From Planctomycetota bacterium (GTDB taxonomy: Bacteria; Planctomycetota; J058): a DNA stretch of 64,000 nucleotides. The stretch's first letter is position 1; every line of letters begins with the position of its first letter. Below, in pieces: positions 18,869-28,287 of this stretch. The stretch covers positions 56,213 through 120,212 of the forward strand of contig JAHBXY010000002.1 in the NCBI GenBank assembly GCA_019636275.1. The letters run 5' to 3'. The notes below the pieces were generated by a model, which was not told where the DNA came from, did not search any database, and saw only the letters and a list, made by a program, of their open reading frames with translations. Both the position numbers and the translations under genes were made by a program.

Positions 18869-20229
18869 CAGTGCGAGTGGCCCCCACCGAGCTCCTCGGC
18901 TCGAGCCATGGACTTCAGCGTGAAGGTGCCGGTGACGGCGACCTCGGCGCCGGGCTGGAGTCCCTGGACGACCTCCACGTCCGTTCCCGTCCCTTCGACG
19001 ATGCGCACAGGCTGCCGGCGGAAGGTGGTCGCGTCGACCTTCACGAAGACGAAGTGCTCCTCGCCTTCGTGCACGATGGCGACCTCGGGCAGCACCAGCG
19101 CGACCTGGCGCGAGCCGACCGTGATCTCGGCCGTGCCGAACATGCCGGGCCGGACCGGATAGGGCTCGGGCCAGCCCTCCACCTTCGGGTCCTCGAGCTC
19201 GATGCGCACCGTCGCCGCGCGAGTGGCGGTGTCGAGGGCGAAGCCGATCACCGCGACCTTCGCGTCCAGGTGGGTCTCGGGGAAGGCGTCGAGCTTGACG
19301 CAGGCCTCCTGTCCGGTCCGCACGGAGCGGAGGTCCTTCTCGTAGACGTTGGCCAGGACCCAGACCTTGAACAGGTCATGGATCTCGAAGAGCGTCGCCT
19401 GGGTATCGACGAACTCGCTCAGCGTCACGTGACGGGCCGCGATCACGCCTGGTCCGGCCGCCCGGATCATGTAGATCCCGATCCCCGGCCCGTCGTCGGC
19501 CGAGATCTTCTCGATCTCCTCAGCCGGCACGCCGAGGATCCGCAGCCGCTCGTGCGCGGCGAGGAGATCGACCTCGAGCTGCCGCACGGCGGCGCCGACC
19601 TCGAGCAGCCGCCGATCGCGATCCAGCTTCGTCCGGGCCAGGTCGCGCTCCGCCTCGAAGAACGCGCGGGCCGTGGAGATCTGCTGCTCCTTCAGCTGCC
19701 GCTCGCGCTCGAGGATCGTCGTCGCGAGCTCGACGCTCTGCTCCAGGATCCGGGTCTCCTGCGTGAGGATCTCGCGCTGCGCCTCCAGCATGGTCTTCGT
19801 CTTCAGGTACTCGCTCGCGACCTGCCCCAGCTCCACGCTCTCGATCTCGCAAAGCGGATCGCCGGTCTTCACCGCGTCGCCGAGCTGCTTGTGGATCGCG
19901 CGGACGACGCCGCTCACCTTCGGCGTCGCGTGGACCTGCGCGTCCTGGTTCGGCGCGACCACGGCCGTGAGTCGTAGGACCGTGCTGATGGTCCCGGGCC
20001 CTACGGTCTGCACGGCGATCTTGGCGGCCTCGAGCTGCTCGGGCGTGAGCTTGACCACGCCCTCCTCGTGACCTTCCTCTCCGTGCTCGTCGTGGCCTTC
20101 CTCACCGTGCTCGTCGTGGCCGTGACCTTCGTGGCCATGCCCGTCGTCGGCGGCCTTCCGATCGCAGCCGGTGAACGCCATGACGGCGCACAGGAGCAGG
20201 AGCCCGATGCGGGTGCTGTGGTTGATCAT
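18868..20229 (-). CDS. czcB: RND membrane-fusion adaptor (CzcB/CusB family) lipoprotein with His/Glu-rich N-terminal metal-binding stretch
   Basis: Lipobox AFTGC; HGHEGHGHDEHGEEGHDEHGEEGHEEG; HlyD-like core; stop overlaps pump start (TGATG). Confidence 0.85.
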   Translation of the reverse strand: MINHSTRIGLLLLCAVMAFTGCDRKAADDGHGHEGHGHDEHGEEGHDEHGEEGHEEGVVKLTPEQLEAAKIAVQTVGPGTISTVLRLTAVVAPNQDAQVHATPKVSGVVRAIHKQLGDAVKTGDPLCEIESVELGQVASEYLKTKTMLEAQREILTQETRILEQSVELATTILERERQLKEQQISTARAFFEAERDLARTKLDRDRRLLEVGAAVRQLEVDLLAAHERLRILGVPAEEIEKISADDGPGIGIYMIRAAGPGVIAARHVTLSEFVDTQATLFEIHDLFKVWVLANVYEKDLRSVRTGQEACVKLDAFPETHLDAKVAVIGFALDTATRAATVRIELEDPKVEGWPEPYPVRPGMFGTAEITVGSRQVALVLPEVAIVHEGEEHFVFVKVDATTFRRQPVRIVEGTGTDVEVVQGLQPGAEVAVTGTFTLKSMARAEELGGGHSH

Positions 20230-21608
20230 TCCTGATCCTCCTCCTCGGTGACTTCGACGGCTGGCGGGGGCAGAAGGCGAGCTGAGGCGGCATCAAGGAC
20301 GACCCGCGCGCGCGCGAGCCGTTCGCGCGCCGTGAGGAACTCGAACTGGACGCCGATCACCTGCCCCTGGGCGGCGAGGATCTCGATCGGCGTGATCTCT
20401 CCGGCCTCGAGCGCGGCGCGGGTCAGGCGCAACGTCTCCTGGAGGCCGGGCATGAGCTGCTCACGGAACAGCGCCACCTGCTCCGCGGCACGACTGATCT
20501 CCTCGACACCCTGGTGGACCTCACGTCGCGTCGCGTGCAGGGTCGCGACGAAGCGGTCACGCGCGGCGTCGCGCTCCCGCGTCGCGCGTTCGACGCCCCA
20601 GGCGTTGAACCTGGTGAGGAAGGGCAGCGAGATCGAGATCCCGGTCCCGATCCAGAGCTGCGGCCACTGACGGGCGACCTCGAGGCGAAGCCGTCCCTCG
20701 GCCTGCTCGTAGGCGGCCGCGACCTCCAGCACGTCAGGGCGGCGCTCGACCGCGACTCGCACGAGAGCGTCCGCCCGTTCCGGCAGCAGGAAGGGCGCGT
20801 CGAGCACGGCTCGGACGTCCTCGAGGATTAGCGGCGTCTCCGGAGGCAACCCAGCGAGCATGAGCAGCTCGTTGCGCGCCTCGATCTCGTCGAGGGCCAG
20901 ACGGACGCGGTCGGCGAGGACGCGATCGCGAGCCACGGTCGCGAGCCGCTCCTGCAGCGCCGTGGCCGCGCCTGCTCGACGGGCCCGCTCGAAGTAGTCG
21001 ACCGTGCCGTTCGCGATCTCCGCCTGCTCGGAGGCCAGGTCGACGCCGGCCTGGGCGGCAGCGAGCCGCAGGTAGGCCAGGCGGACGTCGCGAACGAGCT
21101 CCCACTCCGCCCGCACGAGGATGGCGCGAGCCTGCGACAGCTGGCCATGCGCCACGGCCTCGCGCGCGTCGATCTCGTCGGGACGGGGGACCTCCCAGAT
21201 CAGGCTCGCGCCCGCGACATAGCTGTTCGACGACGACTTGCGCTCGGTCGTGAAGTCCGCGACCACGTTCATGGCGTCCCAGCCGATCACCGGATCGGGG
21301 AGCAGCCCGGCCTCGACCAGCTGCGCGCGCGCGACGCCGATCTCCGCGCGCAGCGCGCGGAGCGACGGGTTCAGGTGGATCGCGAGCGACGCGGCCTCGA
21401 GATCGGTCAGCCCGTTCGTGGGATCGAAGCGCGTGGCGCTGCCGACGAGCGCGATCCCCTCGCGCGGAGCGTCGAGACGGACGCGGTCGAGCTCGTCGAG
21501 GAGCCGCAGCGGCGCGAGCGGGTCCGGGTCGTAGGACGCGCACCCGCCCAGCGTCGCGATCGCGACCGCGATGAAAGCGGATCCTGGACTAAGGGGAAGA
21601 CGAAGCAT
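20226..21608 (-). CDS. czcC: outer membrane efflux protein (CzcC/TolC family) lipoprotein
   Basis: Lipobox LGGCAS; AGGAGAG RBS; ATGA overlap with adaptor. Confidence 0.8.
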   Translation of the reverse strand: MLRLPLSPGSAFIAVAIATLGGCASYDPDPLAPLRLLDELDRVRLDAPREGIALVGSATRFDPTNGLTDLEAASLAIHLNPSLRALRAEIGVARAQLVEAGLLPDPVIGWDAMNVVADFTTERKSSSNSYVAGASLIWEVPRPDEIDAREAVAHGQLSQARAILVRAEWELVRDVRLAYLRLAAAQAGVDLASEQAEIANGTVDYFERARRAGAATALQERLATVARDRVLADRVRLALDEIEARNELLMLAGLPPETPLILEDVRAVLDAPFLLPERADALVRVAVERRPDVLEVAAAYEQAEGRLRLEVARQWPQLWIGTGISISLPFLTRFNAWGVERATRERDAARDRFVATLHATRREVHQGVEEISRAAEQVALFREQLMPGLQETLRLTRAALEAGEITPIEILAAQGQVIGVQFEFLTARERLARARVVLDAASARLLPPPAVEVTEEEDQE

Positions 21609-21677
21609 GGACTCTCCTGGGCGCGTGGACGGCCGGTCCGCAACGCGGAGCCAGCCGGGTACAGCCGCAGGAGAGCG

Positions 21678-22076
21678 TTAGGGGCGGAGCTGCGCCGGAC
21701 GCATCCGGCGCGGAGTCATATCCGGCGGCAGCGCCGCCAGCTCGAACGATGCGACCGTCGGCGGGAGCTCCAGCTCGACGATCGCGTCCGGCAGCGAGGC
21801 CGGCGCGATCACGACGCAGGGCGCGTCATTGCACGGACGCGCGGCCGGCGAGCTGAGCAGCTCGTCGACGCACGCGCCGCAGTCGTCCGAGGCCGGCGTG
21901 ATCGACGGCGCAGGAGCGCTCGGCTGATCGGACGGGGCGCGCTCGCAGCAAAGGGAGAGCGCCAGCTCAGTCGCGCGCCCACCGTCCTGCTCGATGCAGC
22001 TCACGAGCGCACCGCCTCCGACGAGGAGGTGCGTCACCATGAGGATGATCAGCAGGAGCTTGCGGAAGGTCGACAT
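21678..22076 (-). CDS. hypothetical secreted Cys-rich protein (MSTFRKLLLIILMVTHLLVGGG signal; 7 Cys)
   Basis: Sits between the ATPase/His-tail gene and the OMF gene on the same strand; weak RBS. Confidence 0.4.
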   Translation of the reverse strand: MSTFRKLLLIILMVTHLLVGGGALVSCIEQDGGRATELALSLCCERAPSDQPSAPAPSITPASDDCGACVDELLSSPAARPCNDAPCVVIAPASLPDAIVELELPPTVASFELAALPPDMTPRRMRPAQLRP

Positions 22077-22153
22077 GAGTCTGCACGGAATGCTACGGCC
22101 GTCTCGGAGCGAGCGCCAGAGGCAAGATCGGCCACAACGGAACTCTTCAGCGA

Positions 22154-22591
22154 TCAATGGTGATGGTGCTTCCAGCGCGTGTCCGTGTGCTCGCCCACGT
22201 GCTGTCGCTCGAGCGCCCGGAGCTCGGCTTCGTCGAGCAGCTCCGGCAACGCTCGCTCGATGTCGACATGGGAGCCGTCGGCACAGAGCTCGAACGCAGC
22301 GATATGAACGGCGCGCCCGTCGGCGAGCCGGCGCTCGATCGCCGACAGGATGATCGGGCGCTCGATCCCATGCTCCTTGGCCGTGCTCTTGATCGCTGCG
22401 CGCGTGGCGATGATCGTCGATGTCGTCGGGGCCACGCCGAGCGTCGAAGCTGCGGCCTCCTCCACGGCGCTCTTCAGGCGCAGGGACCTGACGATGCTGC
22501 AGCCCTTCGCCACGATAGCCAGGACGATCAAGGCGATCATGGCGAGCATGCCGGCCAACAGAAGGGTGCCGCGCCCTCGGCGCTTCTTCAC
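22154..22591 (-). CDS. membrane-anchored hypothetical protein with C-terminal HHHH tail
   Basis: GTG start overlapping ATPase stop (GTGA); N-terminal TM helix LLLAGMLAMIALIVLAIV; ends WKHHHH. Confidence 0.5.
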   Translation of the reverse strand: MKKRRGRGTLLLAGMLAMIALIVLAIVAKGCSIVRSLRLKSAVEEAAASTLGVAPTTSTIIATRAAIKSTAKEHGIERPIILSAIERRLADGRAVHIAAFELCADGSHVDIERALPELLDEAELRALERQHVGEHTDTRWKHHHH

Positions 22592-24786
22592 CGCGCCGAC
22601 TCCTGATCAGTGCCCCCGCCGAGGAGGCGGAGCCCGTTGAGGATGACGAGGAGCGATGCGCCCATGTCCGCCCCGATGGCCGCCCAGAGCGAGGCGTGAC
22701 CCGCGAACGTGAGCACGACGAACACGGCCTTCACCGCCAGCGAGAAGAACACGTTCTGCCGGATCACGCGGAGCGTGCGACGCGAGTGGAGGACGAGCCA
22801 GGGGAGCTTGCCCAGATCGTCCGACATGAGGGCCACGTCCGCGGTCTCGATCGCCGCGTCGCTGCCGGCGGCACCCATGGCGATCCCGAGAGAGGCGCGC
22901 GCGAGCGCGGGTGCGTCGTTCACGCCGTCGCCGATCATGGCGACGCGACCATGCTTCGCGACCAAGGCGTCGATCACTCGCACCTTGTCGCTCGGCAGCA
23001 GCTCGGCGTGGACCTCGTCGATTCCAGCCTCGGCCGCGATCGCCTTCGCGGTCCCGGCGTTGTCGCCCGTGAGCATGGCGATGTGCTTTACGCCCGCGGC
23101 GCGGAGCGCCTTCAGGGTCCCTGCCACGCCGGGCCGGACGGTGTCCGCGAGGGTGATCACGCCGCAGACGTGAGCCTCGTCGCCGACCAGGACGACGCTC
23201 TGCCCGGCGGTCGAGCGCGCGGCGAGCAGCGCCTGCACGTCGGCTGTCTCCTGACCCCGCTCCTGTAGATAGCGATGGGATCCGAGCCAGAACACGCGGC
23301 CGTCGATCCGGGCGGTGACGCCCTTGCCCTGCACCGTCTGCACGTCGTCCGCGGGCCTGACCGTGACGCCGCGCTCCTGGACGTGCTTCACGATCGCGCG
23401 CGCGAGCGGGTGCTCGCTCCGGGCCTCGATCGCGCCGGCGAGCTCGAGCAGCTCGCGCTCGGTGTGACCGTTCATGGGAGTGACCTCGGTCACGCGCGGC
23501 TTGCCCTCGGTGATGGTCCCGGTCTTGTCGAGCGCGAGCGCCACCAGGGTGGCGGGCGTCTCGACGTGAGCGCCGCCCTTCACGAGGACGCCGTTGCGAG
23601 CGGCGGCCGCGATCGAGGCGACGACGCTCACGGGCGTCGAGATCACGAGCGCGCACGGGCAGCCGATCACGAGCAGGACGAGCGAACGGTAGATCCAGTC
23701 CGACCAGGGCAGCCCGAACGCGAGCGGTGGCACGAGGAGCAGGCCGAGAGCGAGCGCCAGGATCGCTGGCGTGTAGTAGCGCGCGAAGGTCTCGACCCAG
23801 CGCTCCGACGGCGCGCGGCCTGCCTGCGCCTCTCCGACCATCTTGATGATGTGCGCGAGCGTCGTGTCGCCCGCGAGCTTCGTGCTCTCGACCTCGAGCG
23901 CGCCGTCCCCGTTGATCGTGCCGGCGAAGACGGTCTCACCCGGGGCCTTCGACACGGGCATGCTCTCGCCGGTGATCGGCGACTGATCGAGCGTGCTCGA
24001 GCCCCGCACCACCGTCCCGTCGAGGGCCACTCGCTCACCGGGCTTCACGACGAACCTCGCGCCGACGGGGACGCCCTCGGCGGCCACCTCGGCTTCGGTC
24101 CCGTCCTTCAGCAGGTGCACGGTGGGCGGTGCGAGGGCCATGAGCGCTCGCACGGCCCGCCGGGCTCGATCCACGCTCCATGACTCGAGGAGCAGCGAGA
24201 GCGAGAACAGGAACGCCACGACGGCGCCCTCGAACCACTCACCGATCGCGAGCGCGCCGGCGACCGCGACGGTCATGAGCAGGTTCATGTCGGGGCTGAG
24301 GCGGCGCGCAGCCAGCCAGGCCTTCGGCAGGAATGGCCAGGCGCCGAGGATCACGCTGACGAGGTACGCGGCTCGTGCTGGTAGGGGGACAGCGTCGGCC
24401 ACCCCCATGCCCTCCGAGCCGAGGGCCGCGAAGAAGTCCCCTGCGAGCAGGGCGTGAACCGTCAGACCGAGCGCCGCGGCCACACCGCTGCCCGCGGTCG
24501 TCGCTGCGCGGCCGTGCCGTGACCACCAGGTTCCCGGGTCGGGGACCGTGGACACGTCACCGACCGGGGTGGCCTTCATGCCCGTTGCAGCGATCGCGGC
24601 GACGACGGTGGCTGCAGACGCCGGCGACCCCTCGGGCAAGCGCACGGTCAGGCGCCTGCCGAGGAGGTCGAACCCGAGCCGGTCCTCGCCAGGACCGACG
24701 AGGGGCGTGAGCTCGCGCCGGAGGATGCTGATCTCCTCCGAGCAGTCCATGCCTTCGATGTGGAACTGCAGGTCGCGCGAGCTCAT
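22588..24786 (-). CDS. P1B-type heavy-metal-translocating ATPase (CPC motif; ZntA/CadA/CopA-like) with degenerate N-terminal HMA domain
   Basis: GMDCSEE N-terminal domain, TM CPC (IGCPCALV), DKTGT phosphorylation motif, GDGVNDAPAL hinge. Confidence 0.85.
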   Translation of the reverse strand: MSSRDLQFHIEGMDCSEEISILRRELTPLVGPGEDRLGFDLLGRRLTVRLPEGSPASAATVVAAIAATGMKATPVGDVSTVPDPGTWWSRHGRAATTAGSGVAAALGLTVHALLAGDFFAALGSEGMGVADAVPLPARAAYLVSVILGAWPFLPKAWLAARRLSPDMNLLMTVAVAGALAIGEWFEGAVVAFLFSLSLLLESWSVDRARRAVRALMALAPPTVHLLKDGTEAEVAAEGVPVGARFVVKPGERVALDGTVVRGSSTLDQSPITGESMPVSKAPGETVFAGTINGDGALEVESTKLAGDTTLAHIIKMVGEAQAGRAPSERWVETFARYYTPAILALALGLLLVPPLAFGLPWSDWIYRSLVLLVIGCPCALVISTPVSVVASIAAAARNGVLVKGGAHVETPATLVALALDKTGTITEGKPRVTEVTPMNGHTERELLELAGAIEARSEHPLARAIVKHVQERGVTVRPADDVQTVQGKGVTARIDGRVFWLGSHRYLQERGQETADVQALLAARSTAGQSVVLVGDEAHVCGVITLADTVRPGVAGTLKALRAAGVKHIAMLTGDNAGTAKAIAAEAGIDEVHAELLPSDKVRVIDALVAKHGRVAMIGDGVNDAPALARASLGIAMGAAGSDAAIETADVALMSDDLGKLPWLVLHSRRTLRVIRQNVFFSLAVKAVFVVLTFAGHASLWAAIGADMGASLLVILNGLRLLGGGTDQESAR

Positions 24787-24790
24787 ACGC

Positions 24791-25144
24791 TCACTGCGCC
24801 GCCGGGGCCATGGCCTTCCACTTCGCCTCGACCTCGGGGTTGCAGGCGATGCACTGCGACTCCGGCATCGTGTGCTCCGCGCACCAGTCCTTCTTGGCCT
24901 TGTAGCTGTCGATCAGCGACGCGTTGCACCGCGTGCAGACCGCTTCGGGGACGCCGTGCGGCGCGCACCACTCGCCCGTGGAGACGTGCGTGCCGCTGCC
25001 CGTCGCCGGAGTGGCGGCGGACGTCCCGGTCGGCGTCGCGGGGGTGGTGGCGGCCGGCGCGGGGGCCGACGGGGTCTCGGCCGGACACCCGGTCACGAGC
25101 AGGGCGAGCGAGACGGCGAACACGGCGAACGAACGACGGATCAT
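24791..25144 (-). CDS. lipoprotein with two Cys-pair modules (WCAPHGVPEAVCTRCN / WCAEHTMPESQCIACNP), putative metal-binding
   Basis: AAGGAG RBS; lipobox LVTGC; Thr/Pro-rich linker; same module repeated 4x in adaptor 28287..30053. Confidence 0.6.
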   Translation of the reverse strand: MIRRSFAVFAVSLALLVTGCPAETPSAPAPAATTPATPTGTSAATPATGSGTHVSTGEWCAPHGVPEAVCTRCNASLIDSYKAKKDWCAEHTMPESQCIACNPEVEAKWKAMAPAAQ

Positions 25145-25167
25145 GATCGACTCCTTGGGTTGATGGG

Positions 25168-28100
25168 TCACGAGGGTGCTGCCGGCTCGCGGCCGCGCAG
25201 GACCGAGTACAGGACGGGCAGGACGACGAGCGTCAGGATCGTCGACGTGAAGATCCCGCCGATGACGACGGTGGCGAGCGGGCGCTGCACCTCGGCGCCG
25301 ACGCCCGTGTTGAGCGCCATGGGCAGGAAGCCGAAAGCGGCCACGAGGCTCGTCATGAGCACGGGTCGCAGGCGCGTCTCCGCGGCCCGGCGGATCGCGT
25401 CCTGCAGCGGCACGCCTGCGTCGTGGAGCTGGCGGATCGCCGACACGAGCACCATGTCGCCCAGCACCGAGACGCCCGACAGCGCGATGAAGCCGACCGC
25501 GGCCGAGATGCTGAAGGGCAGGTCGCGCAGCCAGAGCGCGAGCACGCCGCCGACGATCGCGAAGGGCACGCCCGTGAACACGCGCAGCGCGTCGAGCACG
25601 CGACCGTAGGTGATGTAGAGGAGCGACAGGACGAGCAGGAGCGCCATGGGCACGACGATCAGCAGGCGCTCGCGGGCGCGCTCGAGGTGCTCGAACTGGC
25701 CGCCGAATGCGATGCGATACCCGGCGGGCAGAACGACCTGGGCGTCGAGCGCGCGTCGGACGTCCTCGACGAAGCCGCCGATGTCGCGGTCGCGGGCGTT
25801 GGCCTGCACGACGATCCGCCGCTTGCCCCACTCGTGCTGGATCGTCGAGGGCCCTTCGATCAGCTCGAGGCGCGCGAGCGTGTGCAGCGGGACCCGCTGC
25901 CCCGTGGGCGAGGTCAGCAGCAGCTCACCGAGCGCTTCGAGGTCGGTGCGATACCGATCCTCCAGTCGGAGGGCGAGGTCGAAGCGGCGCGCGCCGTCGA
26001 TCACCTGGCCCACGGGCCGCGTGCCGACCATCTCGACCGCCTCGAGCACCTCCTGCGCGTGGATCCCGTATCGCGCCAGCGCCGGCCGATCGACCGTGAC
26101 CTGGAGCACCGGGAGCCCGGTGATCTGCTCGGCCGAGACCTCCGCGGCGCCGGGCACGGCCTCGACGACGCGCTGGATCTCGAGGGCTTTCTCCTTGAGG
26201 ACGTCGATGTCGTCGCCGAAGAGCTTGATCCCGAGGTCGCCGCGGACGCCCGCGATCATCTCGTTGACGCGCATCTCGATCGGCTGCAGGAAGGCGGCTC
26301 GCATGCCCGGGAGCTTGCCTACGACCTCGCTCATGGCCTTTACGAGCTCGTCCTGCGTCGTGGCGCGCGTCCATTGCTCGGTCGGAGTCAGCGTGACGAA
26401 CACGTCCGAGAGCTCGAGGCCCATGGGGTCGGTCGCGACCTCGGCCGTGCCGGTGCGCGTCCACACGCGCTCGACCTCGTCCGGGAACGACTGCAGGACC
26501 ACCTGCTCGATCTGCATGCCATAGCGCACGCTCTCCTCGAGCGAGACGCTGGCCAGGCGGACCGTGTTGATCACGAGCGCGCCCTCGCGCAGGCGGGGCA
26601 CGAACTCGGACCCGAGGCGCGTCGCGACCCAGCCTGCGCCAGCGACGACGAGCACCGCCAGGACGAGGACGACCGCGGGCCAGCGGAGCGCGCCGCCGAG
26701 GATCGGCCGGTAGCCGCGCTTCAGCGCGCGGACGAGCACGTTGTCCTCATCCTCGCCGTGCGCTCGCTTGCGCAAGACGAGGCTGGCGAGCACGGGCATG
26801 AGCGTCAGCGAGAGCAGCATGGAGCCGAGCAGCGCGAAGATCACCGTCAGCGCCATGGGGCGGAACAGCTTCCCCTCGACGCCTTCCAGCGTGAGGATCG
26901 GCAGGTAGACGATCATGATGATCAGCTCGCCGAAGAGCGTCGGGCGCCGCACCTCGACGGCCGCGTCACGCACGATCTCGCGCACGCTGCGCCCGGACGT
27001 GTCCTCACCCAGCCGGCGGGCCGCGTTCTCGACCATGATCACGGAGCTGTCGACCACCAGGCCGAAGTCGATCGCGCCGAGGCTCATGAGGCTGCCGGCG
27101 ATCCCGAAGCGCAGCATTCCGTCGAAGGCGAAGAGCATGGACAGCGGGATCGCGAGCGCGACGATCAGACCGGCGCGCAGGTTGCCGAGGAAGGCGAACA
27201 GGACCGCGATCACCAGGAGCGCGCCCTCGAGCAGGTTCTTCTTCACCGTGTCCAGGACGCGGTCGACGAGGCTCGTGCGTGTGTAGACGGTCTCCAGCTT
27301 CACGCCCTCGGGCAACGTCTTCTGGACCTCGGCGAGGCGCTCGGCGAGCCGCACCGTGACCAGGCGGCTGTTCTCGCCCATGAGCATGAACGCGAGGCCG
27401 AGGACGACCTCGCCCTTGCCGTCCGCCGTGACCGCGCCGCGGCGGACCTCGTGCCCCTCCTCCACACGCGCGACGTCACGCACGAGGACCGGCACACCGT
27501 CGTGAGTGGCCACGACGATCTGCTCCACGTCAGCGACGTTGCTGGCGAGGGCGAGCCCCTGCACCAGCGTGGCCTCGCCGCCGCGCGAGACCATGCCCCC
27601 ACCCACGCTCAGGTTGTTGCTGCGGATCCCCGCGACGATGTCGTCGACGGTGAGGTCGTGCTTCAGCAGCCGGTCCGGATCGACGACGACGTGGACCTGC
27701 CGCTCCTCGCCGCCCCAGGCGTTCACCTCGGCGACGCCGGGCACAGCGCTGAGGGGCGGTCGCACCAGGTACTTGTGGATCGTGCGCAGCTCGGAGAGGC
27801 TCTTGTCCTCGCCGGTGACGAGGTAGTGGAACACCTCGCCCAGGCCCGTCGACACGGGGCCGAGGGTCGGTCGGTCGATCCCCTCGGGGAGCTCGACCGC
27901 GCCGAGCCGCTCCGAGACCACCTGGCGCGCGAGGTAGATGTCGAGCTCGTCCTCGAAGATCAGCGTGATCTGCGAGAAGCCGAACTTGGAGATCGAGCGG
28001 GCCTCGTGGAGCTTGGGCAGGCCGCTGAGGGCCGCCTCGACCGGGATCGTGATCTGCCGCTCGACCTCGAGCGGAGAGAGCGTCGGCGCGACGGTGTTGA

Positions 28101-28287
28101 CCGTGACCTGGATCGGCGTCGTGTCCGGGAATGCGTCGAGCGGAAGGCGCTGGAGCGCGTACACCCCGAGCATGGAGAGGAGCAGCGTGGCCACGAGGAC
28201 GATCGGGCGGTGCGCCAGGCACAGGTCGATCAGTCGTTCGAGAAAGCCGGGCGCCTCTGCCGGCGGCTCGGAAGAGGGGGGGGGCAT
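25168..28287 (-). CDS. czcA: heavy-metal efflux RND permease (CzcA/CusA family), 1039 aa
   Basis: ATG overlapping TAA of adaptor (TAATG); MPPPSSEPPAEAPGFLERLIDLCL...; HME-RND architecture. Confidence 0.85.
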   Translation of the reverse strand: MPPPSSEPPAEAPGFLERLIDLCLAHRPIVLVATLLLSMLGVYALQRLPLDAFPDTTPIQVTVNTVAPTLSPLEVERQITIPVEAALSGLPKLHEARSISKFGFSQITLIFEDELDIYLARQVVSERLGAVELPEGIDRPTLGPVSTGLGEVFHYLVTGEDKSLSELRTIHKYLVRPPLSAVPGVAEVNAWGGEERQVHVVVDPDRLLKHDLTVDDIVAGIRSNNLSVGGGMVSRGGEATLVQGLALASNVADVEQIVVATHDGVPVLVRDVARVEEGHEVRRGAVTADGKGEVVLGLAFMLMGENSRLVTVRLAERLAEVQKTLPEGVKLETVYTRTSLVDRVLDTVKKNLLEGALLVIAVLFAFLGNLRAGLIVALAIPLSMLFAFDGMLRFGIAGSLMSLGAIDFGLVVDSSVIMVENAARRLGEDTSGRSVREIVRDAAVEVRRPTLFGELIIMIVYLPILTLEGVEGKLFRPMALTVIFALLGSMLLSLTLMPVLASLVLRKRAHGEDEDNVLVRALKRGYRPILGGALRWPAVVLVLAVLVVAGAGWVATRLGSEFVPRLREGALVINTVRLASVSLEESVRYGMQIEQVVLQSFPDEVERVWTRTGTAEVATDPMGLELSDVFVTLTPTEQWTRATTQDELVKAMSEVVGKLPGMRAAFLQPIEMRVNEMIAGVRGDLGIKLFGDDIDVLKEKALEIQRVVEAVPGAAEVSAEQITGLPVLQVTVDRPALARYGIHAQEVLEAVEMVGTRPVGQVIDGARRFDLALRLEDRYRTDLEALGELLLTSPTGQRVPLHTLARLELIEGPSTIQHEWGKRRIVVQANARDRDIGGFVEDVRRALDAQVVLPAGYRIAFGGQFEHLERARERLLIVVPMALLLVLSLLYITYGRVLDALRVFTGVPFAIVGGVLALWLRDLPFSISAAVGFIALSGVSVLGDMVLVSAIRQLHDAGVPLQDAIRRAAETRLRPVLMTSLVAAFGFLPMALNTGVGAEVQRPLATVVIGGIFTSTILTLVVLPVLYSVLRGREPAAPS
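28276..28284. repeat. homopolymeric tract (9 G on + strand = 9 C in codons 2-4 of the RND gene)
   Basis: atg ccc ccc ccc tct, seen directly in sequence. Confidence 0.9.
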
